NCBI GenBank assembly: GCA_040437565.1
Contig: JBDOQK010000018.1
Location: forward strand, 310,001-374,000
Direction of reading: 5' to 3'
Source: Albugo candida
Taxonomy: Eukaryota
Length of the DNA stretch: 64,000 nucleotides
A program made the position numbers and the translations under genes. The notes under the pieces were generated by a model. It saw only the letters and a list, made by a program, of their open reading frames with translations, did not search any database and was not told the origin of the DNA. Of the stretch, positions 49,383 to 62,455 are shown in pieces; the stretch's first letter is position 1, and every line of letters begins with the position of its first letter.

Positions 49383-51843
49383 TCAAGGTTTTGTGCTTTG
49401 CGGCGGTGGACTCAGCAAACAACTCAAAACACTGCGAGTAAATCGTGTTGGCCGATGATAGCGGAGCGTGTAATACAAATCTTCAAACAACGCCACCACA
49501 CGCGGAAAAGCAAAACTACTAGAGCCCACATTGCTATCAGGATGAATCGGGTCTTCAATAACCAATGCTGGTTGTGATCCAGCAACTTTAAATTCGGCCA
49601 GACGATAAATGTATCCTCCATCTCGAATGGAGAGTCCGTTTTGGCGGTAATCAAACGTTAGCCCAAAGAATTCGAGGAATTCATAAATGTATTGGCCAAG
49701 CTCATTTGCATCTTCTTTTCCGGCTTGCTTTCGCTCCAACGATACGGATGCCTCGGCCTGCTTCTCACTCGATTGACTTCGACAACTGCAGGATGAATCC
49801 TCTGTATCGGCACTACTGCTTGTGACACTGATTGCGTCAGTGCTGACGTCAATATCACGTAAAGCTCGTCGAAAATCAGCGGGTGAGATGGAGACGTGAG
49901 GGTCAGACTTGGGCTTTGCTGGAGCAGATACGATCGAAGCATAGCTCAAATTTTTCTGATTCTTGCAATTGTGATCAGCAGCTGAACTCTTGGCTATCGT
50001 TGCTTTACCAGCGGCGACAGCGGCATAGCTGAATGGCGTAGATGCAGTCTTCTCCTTGCATTTCAACCCGGATTCGTCATTTCTTTCATTGGGCGTACTA
50101 TTGACAGACACTTTTTCTTTCTTTGGAGCGGCGAGGACGACACTTGCGTATGATTTGTCATCAGTGATTCCACTTGCATTCTGTTCGATCCGAAAAGAGC
50201 TTTTCCTTGAGCTTTTTTGAGTGCGTTTGGGAATGTCGGAGAGATTTCGTCGTGACCCACGCTCAGTATCTTGCGAATGTGCTGATTGATCGATGTTCGT
50301 ATCCCTTACGTGCTGTGTTCGGTGGTCTGTGAACAGTTCTTTCCAACTAGAGCGTGTCGACACTTTGGTTTTTATGTCGTCAACTGCAGTGTGCACGGAA
50401 GGGATCCCACCTGAAGCGTAGACCGCTGCAGCCTCGAAGCAAGCTCGACCGTGTCGTCGAAGTAAGGAGAAGTGGATCAGCATCAAGACGATCGAATATG
50501 AACTCAATCCACCAGTATACGCATCATTCAGGTCCCGTTCACGCAGCAGCTGCTTCATGATGATCGCCGCTGGGTAAAGCTCTGGTAGTTCATTGACATA
50601 CCGACTCACCAGATCACTACAGAATCAGAAAAAAATGAAAAGTTCGCAATCGATTCACAGCCCAAGTAGCACGAACCGTGCAAGTAAGCCGCTGTGAGTG
50701 GATGATGTCTCAAAGGAGATGTCAATGGGAATAGAAACATCTTTACTGACGAGTTTGATGACTGGCACCTTGGCCGTCTCAAGCACCACGATAGAGGCGA
50801 CCCAGTCTTGTTGACTCAATACATCTGCCAATTTCCCGAGATTTGCCGCTGTTGTTCTCAAGTCACAATTCTCCAAAACATTCTAAACCAAAATGTCAGA
50901 TACTAAAACACACATATATAGCCGCATCCACGTACGAGAATAACCAAATCGACATCGCTTGTTGGCAGCCAAAGTCCCGTAGAGTACGAGCCGAATGTTT
51001 CAATAGTCGAATCAGACCATAAATCCTGCACACTTGTAGTGACATTTTCAATAATTTTCGCGATGTGAATTTTCATAGAATCGACAGTTTTTTTGGTCTG
51101 TGACGCAATTTGTACAATTTCCGAATGCAAACGTTTGACCATCGTATTGTATCTCGGGCTTTTGCTGGATGAACAGGTCGCTTCTTTGTACTTGAAGGGT
51201 TTTAAGGACGTACACTCACTTGGAGATGTATTTGCTTTTCGTGAGAGTTTGACTTTGTGAAGAGAAGATAATCCTAAAGAGCGCTCGAGATGCCGACTTA
51301 CGAGTCGATTCAGCTTTTCAGTTCGTTTCTCTGTGATCAATCGAGTCTGTGATTTTGATAGCGTTTTTCGTTCTTTCGAGTCGAATTTCGCATTCAAAAG
51401 CACTAGAGACATACATAAGCGAAATGGAGTCTGATGAATAAATTCTTACCAGCCTCTTGTCTGCCGAGTACGCTGTCTGCGGTCGCTTTGTCCCTTCGAT
51501 TCAAATGCATTTCTAACGACTCACAGGTACCCGATGACGTCATCCTTTGGGTTTCAACGGTATTATCGTTCTGTGTGGCTTTGTTGCTCATATGTGCTGA
51601 GAGGCTTTTTGTGAACAACTTTTGCATTTGACCACAATGCGTTCTTTTTTTATTTTCCTTTGGTGTGATTGGTATACGCTTTGATAGCTCTCTGCGCGGT
51701 GAATGAGCAGGGAATAACGGAGCATTTGACGCAATTACGGACATTATATTCTCAAAGTCTGCAGAAAATAGCTTTTTATACGTTGTGGTGGGTACTTGAG
51801 ACTTGAAAACATTTATGGGTGGACGATAGGCGCATACATACAC
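49383..51843 (-). CDS. Non-canonical poly(A) polymerase, Trf4/PAPD5 (TENT4)-like; start uncertain; multi-exon
   Basis: FGSYSTGLWLPTSDVDLVI, AKVPVIKL, IDISF, LNDAYTGGLSSY, and PAP-associated LVIEDP...NVGSSSF. Confidence 0.9.
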
Positions 51844-52396
51844 GTGTGTCGTTAAACGTATTATCTGTCACAGTATATGAAAGTATACAGATAGTGGAAT
51901 GTTATCATTTAAAGCTCTGTTTTGGTGGTCTCCTACACTTTCATTCTAAAACTGCCAAGTATCTGGGTGTAGAAGCTGCTGATGGTGGTACGTTGCAATC
52001 ATACGATAGCGTTTTCCATTCTGACAAATACATTAACCATTGATTCCACGATTCAATTCGAATCAGAACGCATGTAAAGTGACCTCGCGTTGCGATTTAG
52101 CGAGCTATAAACCCAGTAGAGTTAACGTATCATATTTATGATTATATAAGATCTCCGATTCGATCCGTTCTTGGTCTATAACAAAGGTTTTCAATGCAAA
52201 CTCTCAAGAAAGGGAATACAGGAAGAATGGCCAAAAGTGTCTACGCCACAATCACACACAAACAATCCAATTCCGGCATTCGGATATTGGCCGCCGAATC
52301 ACGAAAATTAAGACTATGAAACGAACGTCTCCATTGCGTAAATCTTTATATCCTATCAAATAGCTGCAAGGCGACGGACGCGTTTATTGTGAGCGG

Positions 52397-55300
52397 ATGG
52401 TATCTTCATCTTCATCAGCGGCTCTAAGCGTACGATCGCGAGGAATACGTGCTAGCTCCTGTACGCATCGTTCTCACGACGCACCTGTAATAACATCACA
52501 AAAAATGTATGACCTCCTTCAGGACGTCGCGTTTCTATCTTCCTGCGTTGCTTTATTGCATTATTACGTCGGGTTCACGGGACTATTTGTATTTATTTTG
52601 TACGGAACCGCTGTCGAATTCGGATTTTCTATCACACAATCACTAAAATTCATTCAAAAGCGATTTGCATTTGTGTCGGAAATTCACAGTTCTATAAAGC
52701 GTTTTAGTCCCTCTTTCTTACAGATACTTTGCGCCGCGTTGAGAATAAAAACATCGCCAAATAATGCGTCAGGCAATTTGGAGTCTGAAGTATCTGATTC
52801 CGAGTCGTTTACTCCTTCCGATTGTGCCTCGTCAATCGCTGAAACCGATGGGGAAGCTGAGGTCCATCAATTTGATGCATTGGAAGCCGTCAAGTCTTCC
52901 AGGAGTAAAAGTGCACCGGCAGTCTGCTCGAATTCGGCTACTTCTCCGCTTACGGTTCACAATATCTCTCATTTGAAGGAGCATCTCGATCAGTCAATGG
53001 CTCCGGGCCACGCGATTTTGGATAGTGCAAAATGCTCTCATTGTGCATGCAGTGACACCTTTGTTCGAATCAATTCACGGGAGCCGGTACACTTTGAAAA
53101 TGAATTCTTTGACGGGAACGCATACCTTTTTGTGCGTACAAAGCCTGAGAGTCCATTATGGGCTCATCTTTTCCAAGGAAGACGACGAATGTTTTGGATT
53201 CAGGTGCAAGGAAGATTCAAACAAGAGCCTCGAGGTGTTGTGTATCTGGGTGGAGAGCTTCCATGGCGGATCTCATTGGGCATTTTCACAAAGAGTGTCG
53301 CTCTTATGGTGCTCGGTATCATTAAGAAGCTCGTAGGGAAGATCCATTACAGCTTTGGAGACTCCAAGAACCACGAACTGCCTCATATCGCATTTCCATT
53401 GTTCCAAACCGTCGATCAGTTTACATGCACGCCAAAAGGTCAACTAGCACCTCAACTCGGCGTCCAAGTCATTCAGGAGACCGAGCAGGCTCAAAAGCAT
53501 CGAAAAAGCGTTCCAGTTGGGCAGGAAACATTCAAAGTGGGACCGACCTACACTTTTCACTTTCATACGATGTACGTCGATTTACATCATTGGAAGACAG
53601 TCAACATTCCTGGAATCAATGATATGAAGCTGTCAACCTTTTTCAATTCTTCGCCGTTGCGTTTGGTCGCGTACGATGTGGAATTTGGCTCGAATGGAAT
53701 TCAAAGTGGAGGAGGAAAGCATCTCAAATGCAATAAGCGATACTTATTCTGCTTTGAAATGCACTTTGATAGCTCCAAAAACACGGATGTTGCCCGGGCG
53801 TATAGTGATGAGGAAGAAAGCGATTCGGACTCTGTTGTATCAGGCAAGATTGCAAGTGAGTCCTCGAGCAAGAGTCATCTAGATCCACAGGATGCAGCAT
53901 CCATACGGCATGTAATTAGCGCTGAATCAGCACAAGCGACGATCAGCTGCTCTTCGGATTCGTCGATGCTGACATCATCTCCCAAAGCGATTGCACCAAA
54001 ACACCGCATCGAGAAGACGACAAGCTCTCAGACACAGCAAGATCACGCGATCCAACACGGTGCTGCGGTTTGGAGGCGACGTGAGCTCGCACTGAAATGG
54101 AGATCGACCTCGGTCGCATACTTATTTTGGATGGAGGAAGTCGACTTATCGTGCAAAGTCCGGAGGGTGTACTATGTATTTTCGATCAAAGAAAAAGGCG
54201 GGCGCGAGAACTGCTTTTGTATTATGAGTGTCGACACTTTGCGTCTTTTGTTATTCCGAAATCAAAATCAGCGGTATTGGTCACTTACCCCTCCGACAAC
54301 TCGTCTCCACAGTCGTTCTCACTCAATAAGTTATGGCACAATCACAGAGGAAGCCAAGCAAGTTGGACAATACTTGGAGTTGGTCTCTACATCATCTCAT
54401 GACGCAGTCATTGGGCTATCTGATGACGAGAAAGAAGCAGACGATCGAGACACTACGGATCAGCCGAGAACACAAGCGCTTGTACTTGCAGAATTGGCAC
54501 TTGAGGCTTCTTTGTATGAGCTTTCCATCCAGCGACCGCGATTACAAGACACTCAATGGAAAGAAAACATGTCCCCTGCTTCGATAGGGGTCGATTTTGA
54601 AAAACGTGATCGAGCTACGATGAATATTGCGCATGAGGGAATTGTGTATCGTTTCTACGCCGACGAATTTCTTCGACAAGAGGTTTTAGTGGTGACACGT
54701 AAGCGGCTTTTATTCTTTCGAGCTTTCTCTCATATTGCGGACAGCATCGTACGATGTCGCGATGTCATCGCTGTAGAAGGCTGCTTATTTCCATTCATGA
54801 AGGAATCGGCCGCTCAACTCAAACAATCTCTTGCCGATACAGAGAAGTGTGAGCTGCAGGAGTGCGAATCAGCTGGCACGAGTGATACTTTGGATCAGCC
54901 ATTTGGCTATTGCTTCAAAATTGGCACTTTGGCTGAAGAACATCTCATTTGTGTTGGTACAATTGATGCTAGAGATCACTGGATTCGGGTCTTATTGCAA
55001 TACTGCACTCCAGAGGCTTTTTCTCGACAGGATGCATGCACAATTGTGCCAATTTGCTTTGCATCACGAGCTCCGTTGAAACCACAAAGTCGAATTATTC
55101 TCAACTCACGATCACTGTACCCCAGTGGTGCTACTGTGAGCTTTCCCAAAGACGTCACAGCTCACATAGCGTCCGCTCTACGTGCAGCATTAGAGATCCA
55201 TCAATGTGCATTTGAGACCGCAAGGACCTCACCATCATCCACGTGCCTCCTATACGTGTCAAAACCGTTAGAGTTCCTCAAAGCTGCGAGCTCTCTTCGA

Positions 55301-56322
55301 CAGATCGATTTGGTCGCTTTCCATAAAAGCTCAAATCATGAAGAGAAGCTGTCATTTTATCTCAATTTGTATCATTTGATACTAGCTCATGGAATGTTAT
55401 CTCATGGATTCCCGCAAGACAAACAGCAGTGGAATCGATTTTTCTCTGAGATGGGTTATATGGTCGGCATCCAGCGCGTGAGCCTGTCATTAGCGGAAAT
55501 CGAGCATGTGATTCTCCGTGCCCGCATGAAAATGGCTAGCATNNNNNNNNNNNNNNNNNNNNNNNNNNNNNNNNNNNNNNNNNNNNNNNNNNNNNNNNNN
55601 NNNNNNNNNNNNNNNNNNNNNNNNNNNNNNNNNNNNNNNNNNCATTTTATCTCAATTTGTATCATTTGATACTAGCTCATGGAATGTTATCTCATGGATT
55701 CCCGCAAGACAAACAGCAGTGGAATCGATTTTTCTCTGAGATGGGTTATATGGTCGGCATCCAGCGCGTGAGCCTGTCATTAGCGGAAATCGAGCATGTG
55801 ATTCTCCGTGCCCGCATGAAAATGGCTAGCATCCCCTATGTGAACGTGGAAGATGTGGTCTGCCTCGCATCGGATCGACTCAAGCCATTCGCTCTTGTAC
55901 ATCCAGACTTTCGTATCAGCTTTGCACTCGTCATGAACCGATCCGACTCGAGCAATCTTTGCATCTTTGAAGCTGAGAAAATCCACGAACAACTCAATCA
56001 AGTTGCAAAAGAATATCTTCAACGTCATGTCGTCGTGGAATCGGTAAAGAAGCTCATCATATTGCCTCGGGTGTGTGAGTGGTACGCCGTCGATTACACA
56101 AGTCAAAGTATCAACGATATGGCTGGGAATGGAAAGAGTGCACGAAGAGAGCAGAAGAGGGAAATAAGTCTGTATTGCGCCCGCAAATTGATGGGATTTC
56201 TCCATCCCGCTACCTTGCAAGAACTACAAGATCTTTTGAAGGACGATAGTTGCATTCACACGAGATATGGACATTTCAAATACAAACCCAAGTCAATGCT
56301 GAAGGAGGAAGTAGAATTCTGA
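52397..56322 (+). CDS. DUF1769 plus PH-like plus DUF547 protein (N gap with overlap duplication near 55353-55832)
   Basis: DUF1769-like FENEFFDG...FQGRRRMFWIQVQGRFK...YTFHFHTMYVD; DUF547-like EKLSFYLNLYH...SLAEIEHVILR...DFRISFAL. Confidence 0.8.
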
Positions 56323-56544
56323 TGCTTACCTTTTATAGAGAGCCAAAGTCTGGGGATAATAAGGAGACTCGTATAACGTCCTCTGCCACCTTCTGTGTCG
56401 TAAAGCAATAATGGCGATAAAATGGACGTAGTGTATGGAGTCTCGACCGATTTGAAATCGATATCCATTCATATAAAGTAATTTAATCCTTTCTGAGCAT
56501 CAATTGATGTCTCATAATGTCTCTCTGTGTTGCTTCGCATTAAT

Positions 56545-57749
56545 TCATTGCATAGCTGACACTTGCGCTCGAAACTCTTCGAATTCGCTTTGAAACTTTG
56601 CTCTCTTTTTCTGCCAAATTCGGAGAGTACTGTCGGATATATCGGGCTGAGATGAAAATGTTGTAAACAGATTGTCGACTTGAGCAGCAAAGTGTTGCAT
56701 ATTCCCATAGAGCTCATCGGCTTCAACGGGCGGATATAACGCCGCACTAACGTCTATCACTGTGTTACTACATCGCGTATACTGCCGATCGAGTAGTGAG
56801 GTCCATGCAATCAGCTCTGAATTATCGCCATCAGCTTCCGAATTCAAGGCCGCTGAAACCTTTGTGAGTGCTAATGCGCCACCCTTTAAGATATTTCCAA
56901 ACATCTCGAGAATGCGTACACCCAAAAGCACTACCGGCCGATCCTCTGGCGAGACAGTTGTATCAAAATCAAAGTCGTCGTCCAGTTCCACCGAGTCAAA
57001 AGGAGTATAAAATGTCTGTTGCAGGCATTCATTCAACTCCTTTATTGAATCTCCGAGCATCGTTAAAGTCTGAAGAACATAGAACGAGCCAAAATTTGAT
57101 CTCATGCGATTCTATCGCTCGTACCTGAAGCGTATTTCGTTGAAAGGATATCAGATTGGATGTCGGAATGTCTTGTGCTGATTTGCAAGATTCCCAAATG
57201 CGTCCGGTGAGTTCTGGAATGCGTCGGATTTCTTCGTTTTGTAGCGCCAATGTTAAGTCCCGCAGACTGTGAAGGATTCGACTACAAAGTTGATTGACTG
57301 TTTGACTCACTGTAAGCTGATCAATAGTTTTTGTAAGCGTACATTGATGTTTGAAGGATATTTGTTGCAAGAGAGGGACCGATACCACAAAACAGAGCTG
57401 TTTTCGCGGCTGAGAGAAGCTGTTTGCATGGAGTGTGAAGGCGTTTGCAAATACTTTGGGCTTCCTCGACGGACGGATTCTTTGTGTGGACCAGAGAGAA
57501 CTTTGTAATCTCATGGGAAATGGATCCTGCGGCCTGAAAACAACGCACTGATAGCAGTGGGAGCGCTAAGTGGCATGCACTTACCGCAATCCACACTTGC
57601 CTTGAGACGGTGAAATTTTCAGAAGTAGTCCAGAATGTAGCATTGAATTGGTAACCATCGCTATAGACTTTTAGTTGCTCTAGGTATAGCGCTATATCGG
57701 TGTCAAATGTAGCTATAACTTGCTTCCATGAATCATTACTTCCAGTCAT
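56545..57749 (-). CDS. GCIP/CCNDBP1-family (Grap2 and cyclin D-interacting) protein, multi-exon
   Basis: HEITKFSLV, LTGRIWESC, LGDSIKELNE, acidic DDDFDF, DVSAALYPP. Short introns separate the ORF pieces. Confidence 0.75.
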
Positions 57750-57824
57750 AATTATAATGTGTACACATAAATTGAGATGTGATACATAAATGGTACTCTA
57801 AAGTCGTACAGGAGATTGTCTGGG

Positions 57825-59160
57825 ATGGAAGATGAAGGAGAGTGGCAATGGCCGCAACGATTACACGAGCTACAAGCCATGGAAAGAACAGTACGATGCG
57901 CCATTTGTGGGGATTACTTGCATGGTCCTGTATTACTTCCTTGCAGGTAGAGGAATAACTCTTGGCGCGCTGAAGAAGTCTGACAAGCTGCATCATTTAT
58001 GTGGTCCAGCCATTTGTTTTGTTCTGAATGCGTTCGTAGGTATCTACAAGTAAAAGGATCGAATGGCTGTTGCCCTCAATGTAAAGTAAGCTGTGAAGTT
58101 ATCGATTTCCGTCCTATTCCGTTGTTGGAACGACTCGCGATGGAATTCGCGAGCATGAAACCGAAATTGTTGAATCTTTTGGCACCTCTAAATATCCATG
58201 ATCATGAAACGGTATCTCCAGATCGTATCAATCACGATGTCAGCGTCAAAGACGATAAAATGCCTGCACAACAGCGATTCCCATTGGTCTCCTATTCTGT
58301 CATGAAGGACAAAGAGGTTTTCCTAATTTTGCGTACCACGTTATCTTTATGACATCTTTTCCAGGTCAAAAAGCTCTTAGAAACCATCGGAATCGTTGAA
58401 AATGTCAAAGATCGCGAGGAAATCATCCAAATTCATAAAGAAGTATGCATCTATCTCAAATTCTTTGTGGCTTATTTCACTCACTTTCCGTTAGTTTGTC
58501 CTTTTGTCCAATGCACAAGCCGATTCAATCAAACCGAAAAGCACCGATGCGATACGAAGCCAAGTGTTGCAGCGATTTCGATTACGGCAGCAGGAGAAGC
58601 GAAAAGCCGATGGGAAACGACAGTTTCCCGCCGTGTGCGAAGAAACGCTGAAAAATAATTTCAAAAAATTGAAGCAGCAGATCGAAAAGTATCGAAAGCG
58701 GAAAGCTCCCACCACATTGGTGAAGGAAAGTAGCGATACGTTGGAAGCTGAATGGCGACATATTTGTCCGGTTGGATCGGTCAGAGACTTTTATATCCAT
58801 TCGAGAACGTGTGAAATTCGCCTGGAGCCTCCAGGACGTGACGCTGTTCCTTCGTCGAAAAGTGTACTGGATACAAACGATTCTTGTGATGAAGAAAGAC
58901 CATTTGAGCTAGAAGAGAAGTGTGCTGAGAGTCATACACAGGAGGACAAGCAGAAAAACAGCAGAGAAGAATTGATAGATACCAAAGAAGGCGATGAGGT
59001 TGTATGCTTAGAAGGAGATAGCTCGTGGAATTGTCAGCGTTGTACACTTTTGAATGAGGCTGTGCGGACTGTTTGTGGAGTTTGTGGTGTAGAAAGAATC
59101 CCTCGAAATGGCAACTCCTCCGCCAAGAAAAAACGGTACCAGTCCAAGCTCTTGATGTAG
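57825..59160 (+). CDS. RAD18: RAD18-like RING E3 ubiquitin ligase (4 exons)
   Basis: RING RCAICGDYLHGPVLLPC|SHLFCSECVRRYL...CPQCK; SAP-like PLVSYSVMKDKEVKKLL...IHKEFVLLSNAQADS; C-terminal WW-like segment and RanBP2/NZF finger. Confidence 0.82.
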
Positions 59161-59199
59161 ACTCTGACTTTATCTCTGGCAACGTTCATGACATATAAT

Positions 59200-61754
59200 C
59201 TACTGAAAGGTTGCATTGCGTGGAGCTTGAGATAGCTTTTTCAGTGGAAAATGTTTCATTTGTCGACTCGAATCTTTTGGAGTCTGTGCGGATTGTGCAG
59301 CTAAGAAGGGATTGTATCCGCTGGCAATAAGCGCCTTCTTGCTCGCCATTTTTCTTTGGGGTGGATTTTGATCCTGAGTTGTTAAATGATTCGTGCTGAG
59401 CTTGGAGCTTGCCGCGTTGTAGTCAAATGGTTTGTACGGTGCTTGGGCATGATCTGTGGCATTTGTGGCTGTATCAACAGTGTCTATCAATGCGGTGTCT
59501 CGCTCTTTTTCGGGTGCATTCTTTTTCATGCATTGTTTCCTTGAAGTCTTATAATGCTTTCGAGGAAGTTTATACATCTCAGAGATGGATTCTGGAAATG
59601 GTTCGTCTTGGTCAGGTACATCTGGCTCCTTGACGGCCGAGTTGGATACTTTCTCTGGAACGCCAAATTGCATGGAATCCTTATCGCAACGTTCGACTGT
59701 GAATACAATCGACCCGACAGTATCGCGAACTTGCTTTAGAATCTTTGAGCTGTTATCGTTTACTTGATCATTTGACGGAAAACGAAGTCTTTTGTGGAGC
59801 AACTTGTCGTCTTTTACTATGGTGATTTTTCGTTTCATAGACCTCCAAGGCTTGTGAGCTTGACTCGGCTCATAATTCACAGTTGGAGACTCCATTGCGA
59901 CTTTTCGCGTGGTCTGTGCCGTCGAGGATATCATTGGAACAGCTTTTGTGTCATCGGACCTCAACATTTCTCTCTCAGCCGAAATCATTCCAACGATCTC
60001 TGAAGCATATTTTTGTATCAGAGGTGGCATCACATTTCGAAGCCGTAGGAGCTGATCCGAATTCGCCGGCAAATGTCCTGTGATTTGCACAAGTAGTTGA
60101 TTTGGAAGCACATACATTGATGACTCATCTTCTTCGCGAGCAACAGCATCTCTCCAAAAGTAGAGACGTCGGAATACCCGCTGTTGTAATTCTGAGAACG
60201 CTGCCACACCGGCGGAAGCTGTCAATTTGGTCAGAAGAGCTCGACAATCATCTTCCGAGACTTGTGGCTTGGAGTACACTTGGAGACACAACTGCGTTGA
60301 TTGCTTGTGCACCTCACGAACCAAATTGGATGCATTTGGGTCACTTTTCAATAACAAGTCCTCCTTCATTCTCTTGTAAATGAACAGTAGATATCGCGTA
60401 TCTTCACGAGCATATCGAGTCATCTCTACGCTTAGAGGCCGTTGACGCCAATCGGCCAGTTGGTATTGCTTATCAGCGTCAATGTCACAGTATCGTTTCA
60501 GCAAATACGCCAGCGAAAAGCGTGGAAGCTGGAGTAAGCGAGCAGCCCGACCAGTATCAAACATGTTGACAACATACAGTCCGAGATCTCGCTGAAGCCA
60601 AAGAATGTCCATATCTGCTCCATGGAGCACTTTGAGTTTTTTCGGGTCACAGAAGACTTGATTCAATTGCTGCAAAGAGGACCGTAATGCGAGAGTATCG
60701 ACCAGGAAATCATGATTGTTTGTGGAGATTTGCATCAGACACGTGAGCCCGAGGTATGATCGATAATTGTGATGCTCTAAATCGATCGCTAGTGCGTGAG
60801 CTTGCTGCAGAATTTGCAGCATTTGTTGGAATGTATCAGTAGAATCGACCCATAGAAACAAAGCCTTTTGTATCGAAATCTTGTCAAACGAAGTATCCAT
60901 TTCAGAAATATAAAGCTGACAATCGGGTATTTTGAGCCCCACGAGCTCATTATAGTATGGATGGAATGAANNNNNNNNNNNNNNNNNNNNNNNNNNNNNN
61001 NNNNNNNNNNNNNNNNNNNNNNNNNNNNNNNNNNNNNNNNNNNNNNNNNNNNNNNNNNNNNNNNNNNNNNAGTAGAATCGACCCATAGAAACAAAGCCTT
61101 TTGTATCGAAATCTTGTCAAACGAAGTATCCATTTCAGAAATATAAAGCTGACAATCGGGTATTTTGAGCCCCACGAGCTCATTATAGTATGGATGGAAT
61201 GAAGCATCGTCTTCGTGTATTGGGAATTCATTTGTAATGGCATGAGGTTTGCTGGAGAGTTTCGACACAAAAGGAGCAGTGGAATTATCAATTGTTTCGT
61301 GAAATAAGTGCTGCGGTTTCGCCATTTCCACTTTTTCGAACTTTTTGACCGAATTTGACGTCGCGCTTCGTTTTGTAAATTCCGCAGAATAGTTTTCCAA
61401 TTGCGAATTTGAGTTTATATTCTCATTGTGTTGCGTTTGGCCCTCCAAAAGTCTGAATGTCTCATCTAAAAAGTGATCGGTGGTGTCTGTGATCCATTCT
61501 TTCGGATCGGAATGCTGAAACAATTGTGTGGCATCAGAGTCTTCCTGCTCATTTGGCTCATGGGAGGTACTTTTAGCGAGATTCACAACAAGTCGGTGAA
61601 TGGAGGATTTACAGGATTCTATAGAGGAAGAGAAAGAGGTGTTGTGCTTGAGATAGTAGTGATATTCGTCTTCTTCGCTCGGGATACTGTTGGAAGCTTT
61701 CACAGCGACAATTATTTTCTGATACAATTCATTTACAAATGCATTGGTATCCAT
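59200..61754 (-). CDS. RRP6: Exosome 3'-5' exonuclease RRP6/EXOSC10 (spans an N gap; 5' part duplicated at 62067-62370)
   Basis: PMC2NT-like N-terminus; KPQ..F...IDNS..PF; HPYYNE; AIDLEHHNYRSYLGLTCLMQIST; HGADMDILWLQRD; ADWRQRPL; YAREDT; HRDC WRDAVAREEDES..YVLPN. Confidence 0.96.
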
Positions 61755-62455
61755 TGATCGATAACACCTAATACCTTTATATTTTAATGCGTCTGGTGAA
61801 ACTTTTATTGGATCTTGAAAGGACACAAGATACCTGAGCATGGCTGAAGAGGAAGGTTCTGAGAAGGAATCAAATGATACGAATGAACAGGATCCTACTT
61901 TGATACATTACATAAAAGGTCTCTCGCGTCTTCAGCAAGCACCTGGGAAGGATGGGTACGCGTATANNNNNNNNNNNNNNNNNNNNNNNNNNNNNNNNNN
62001 NNNNNNNNNNNNNNNNNNNNNNNNNNNNNNNNNNNNNNNNNNNNNNNNNNNNNNNNNNNNNNNNNNGTCTGAATGTCTCATCTAAAAAGTGATCGGTGGT
62101 GTCTGTGATCCATTCTTTCGGATCGGAATGCTGAAACAATTGTGTGGCATCAGAGTCTTCCTGCTCATTTGGCTCATGGGAGGTACTTTTAGCGAGATTC
62201 ACAACAAGTCGGTGAATGGAGGATTTACAGGATTCTATAGAGGAAGAGAAAGAGGTGTTGTGCTTGAGATAGTAGTGATATTCGTCTTCTTCGCTCGGGA
62301 TACTGTTGGAAGCTTTCACAGCGACAATTATTTTCTGATACAATTCATTTACAAATGCATTGGTATCCATTGATCGATAACACCTAATACCTTTATATTT
62401 TAATGCGTCTGGTGAAACTTTTATTGGATCTTGAAAGGACACAAGATACCTGAGC

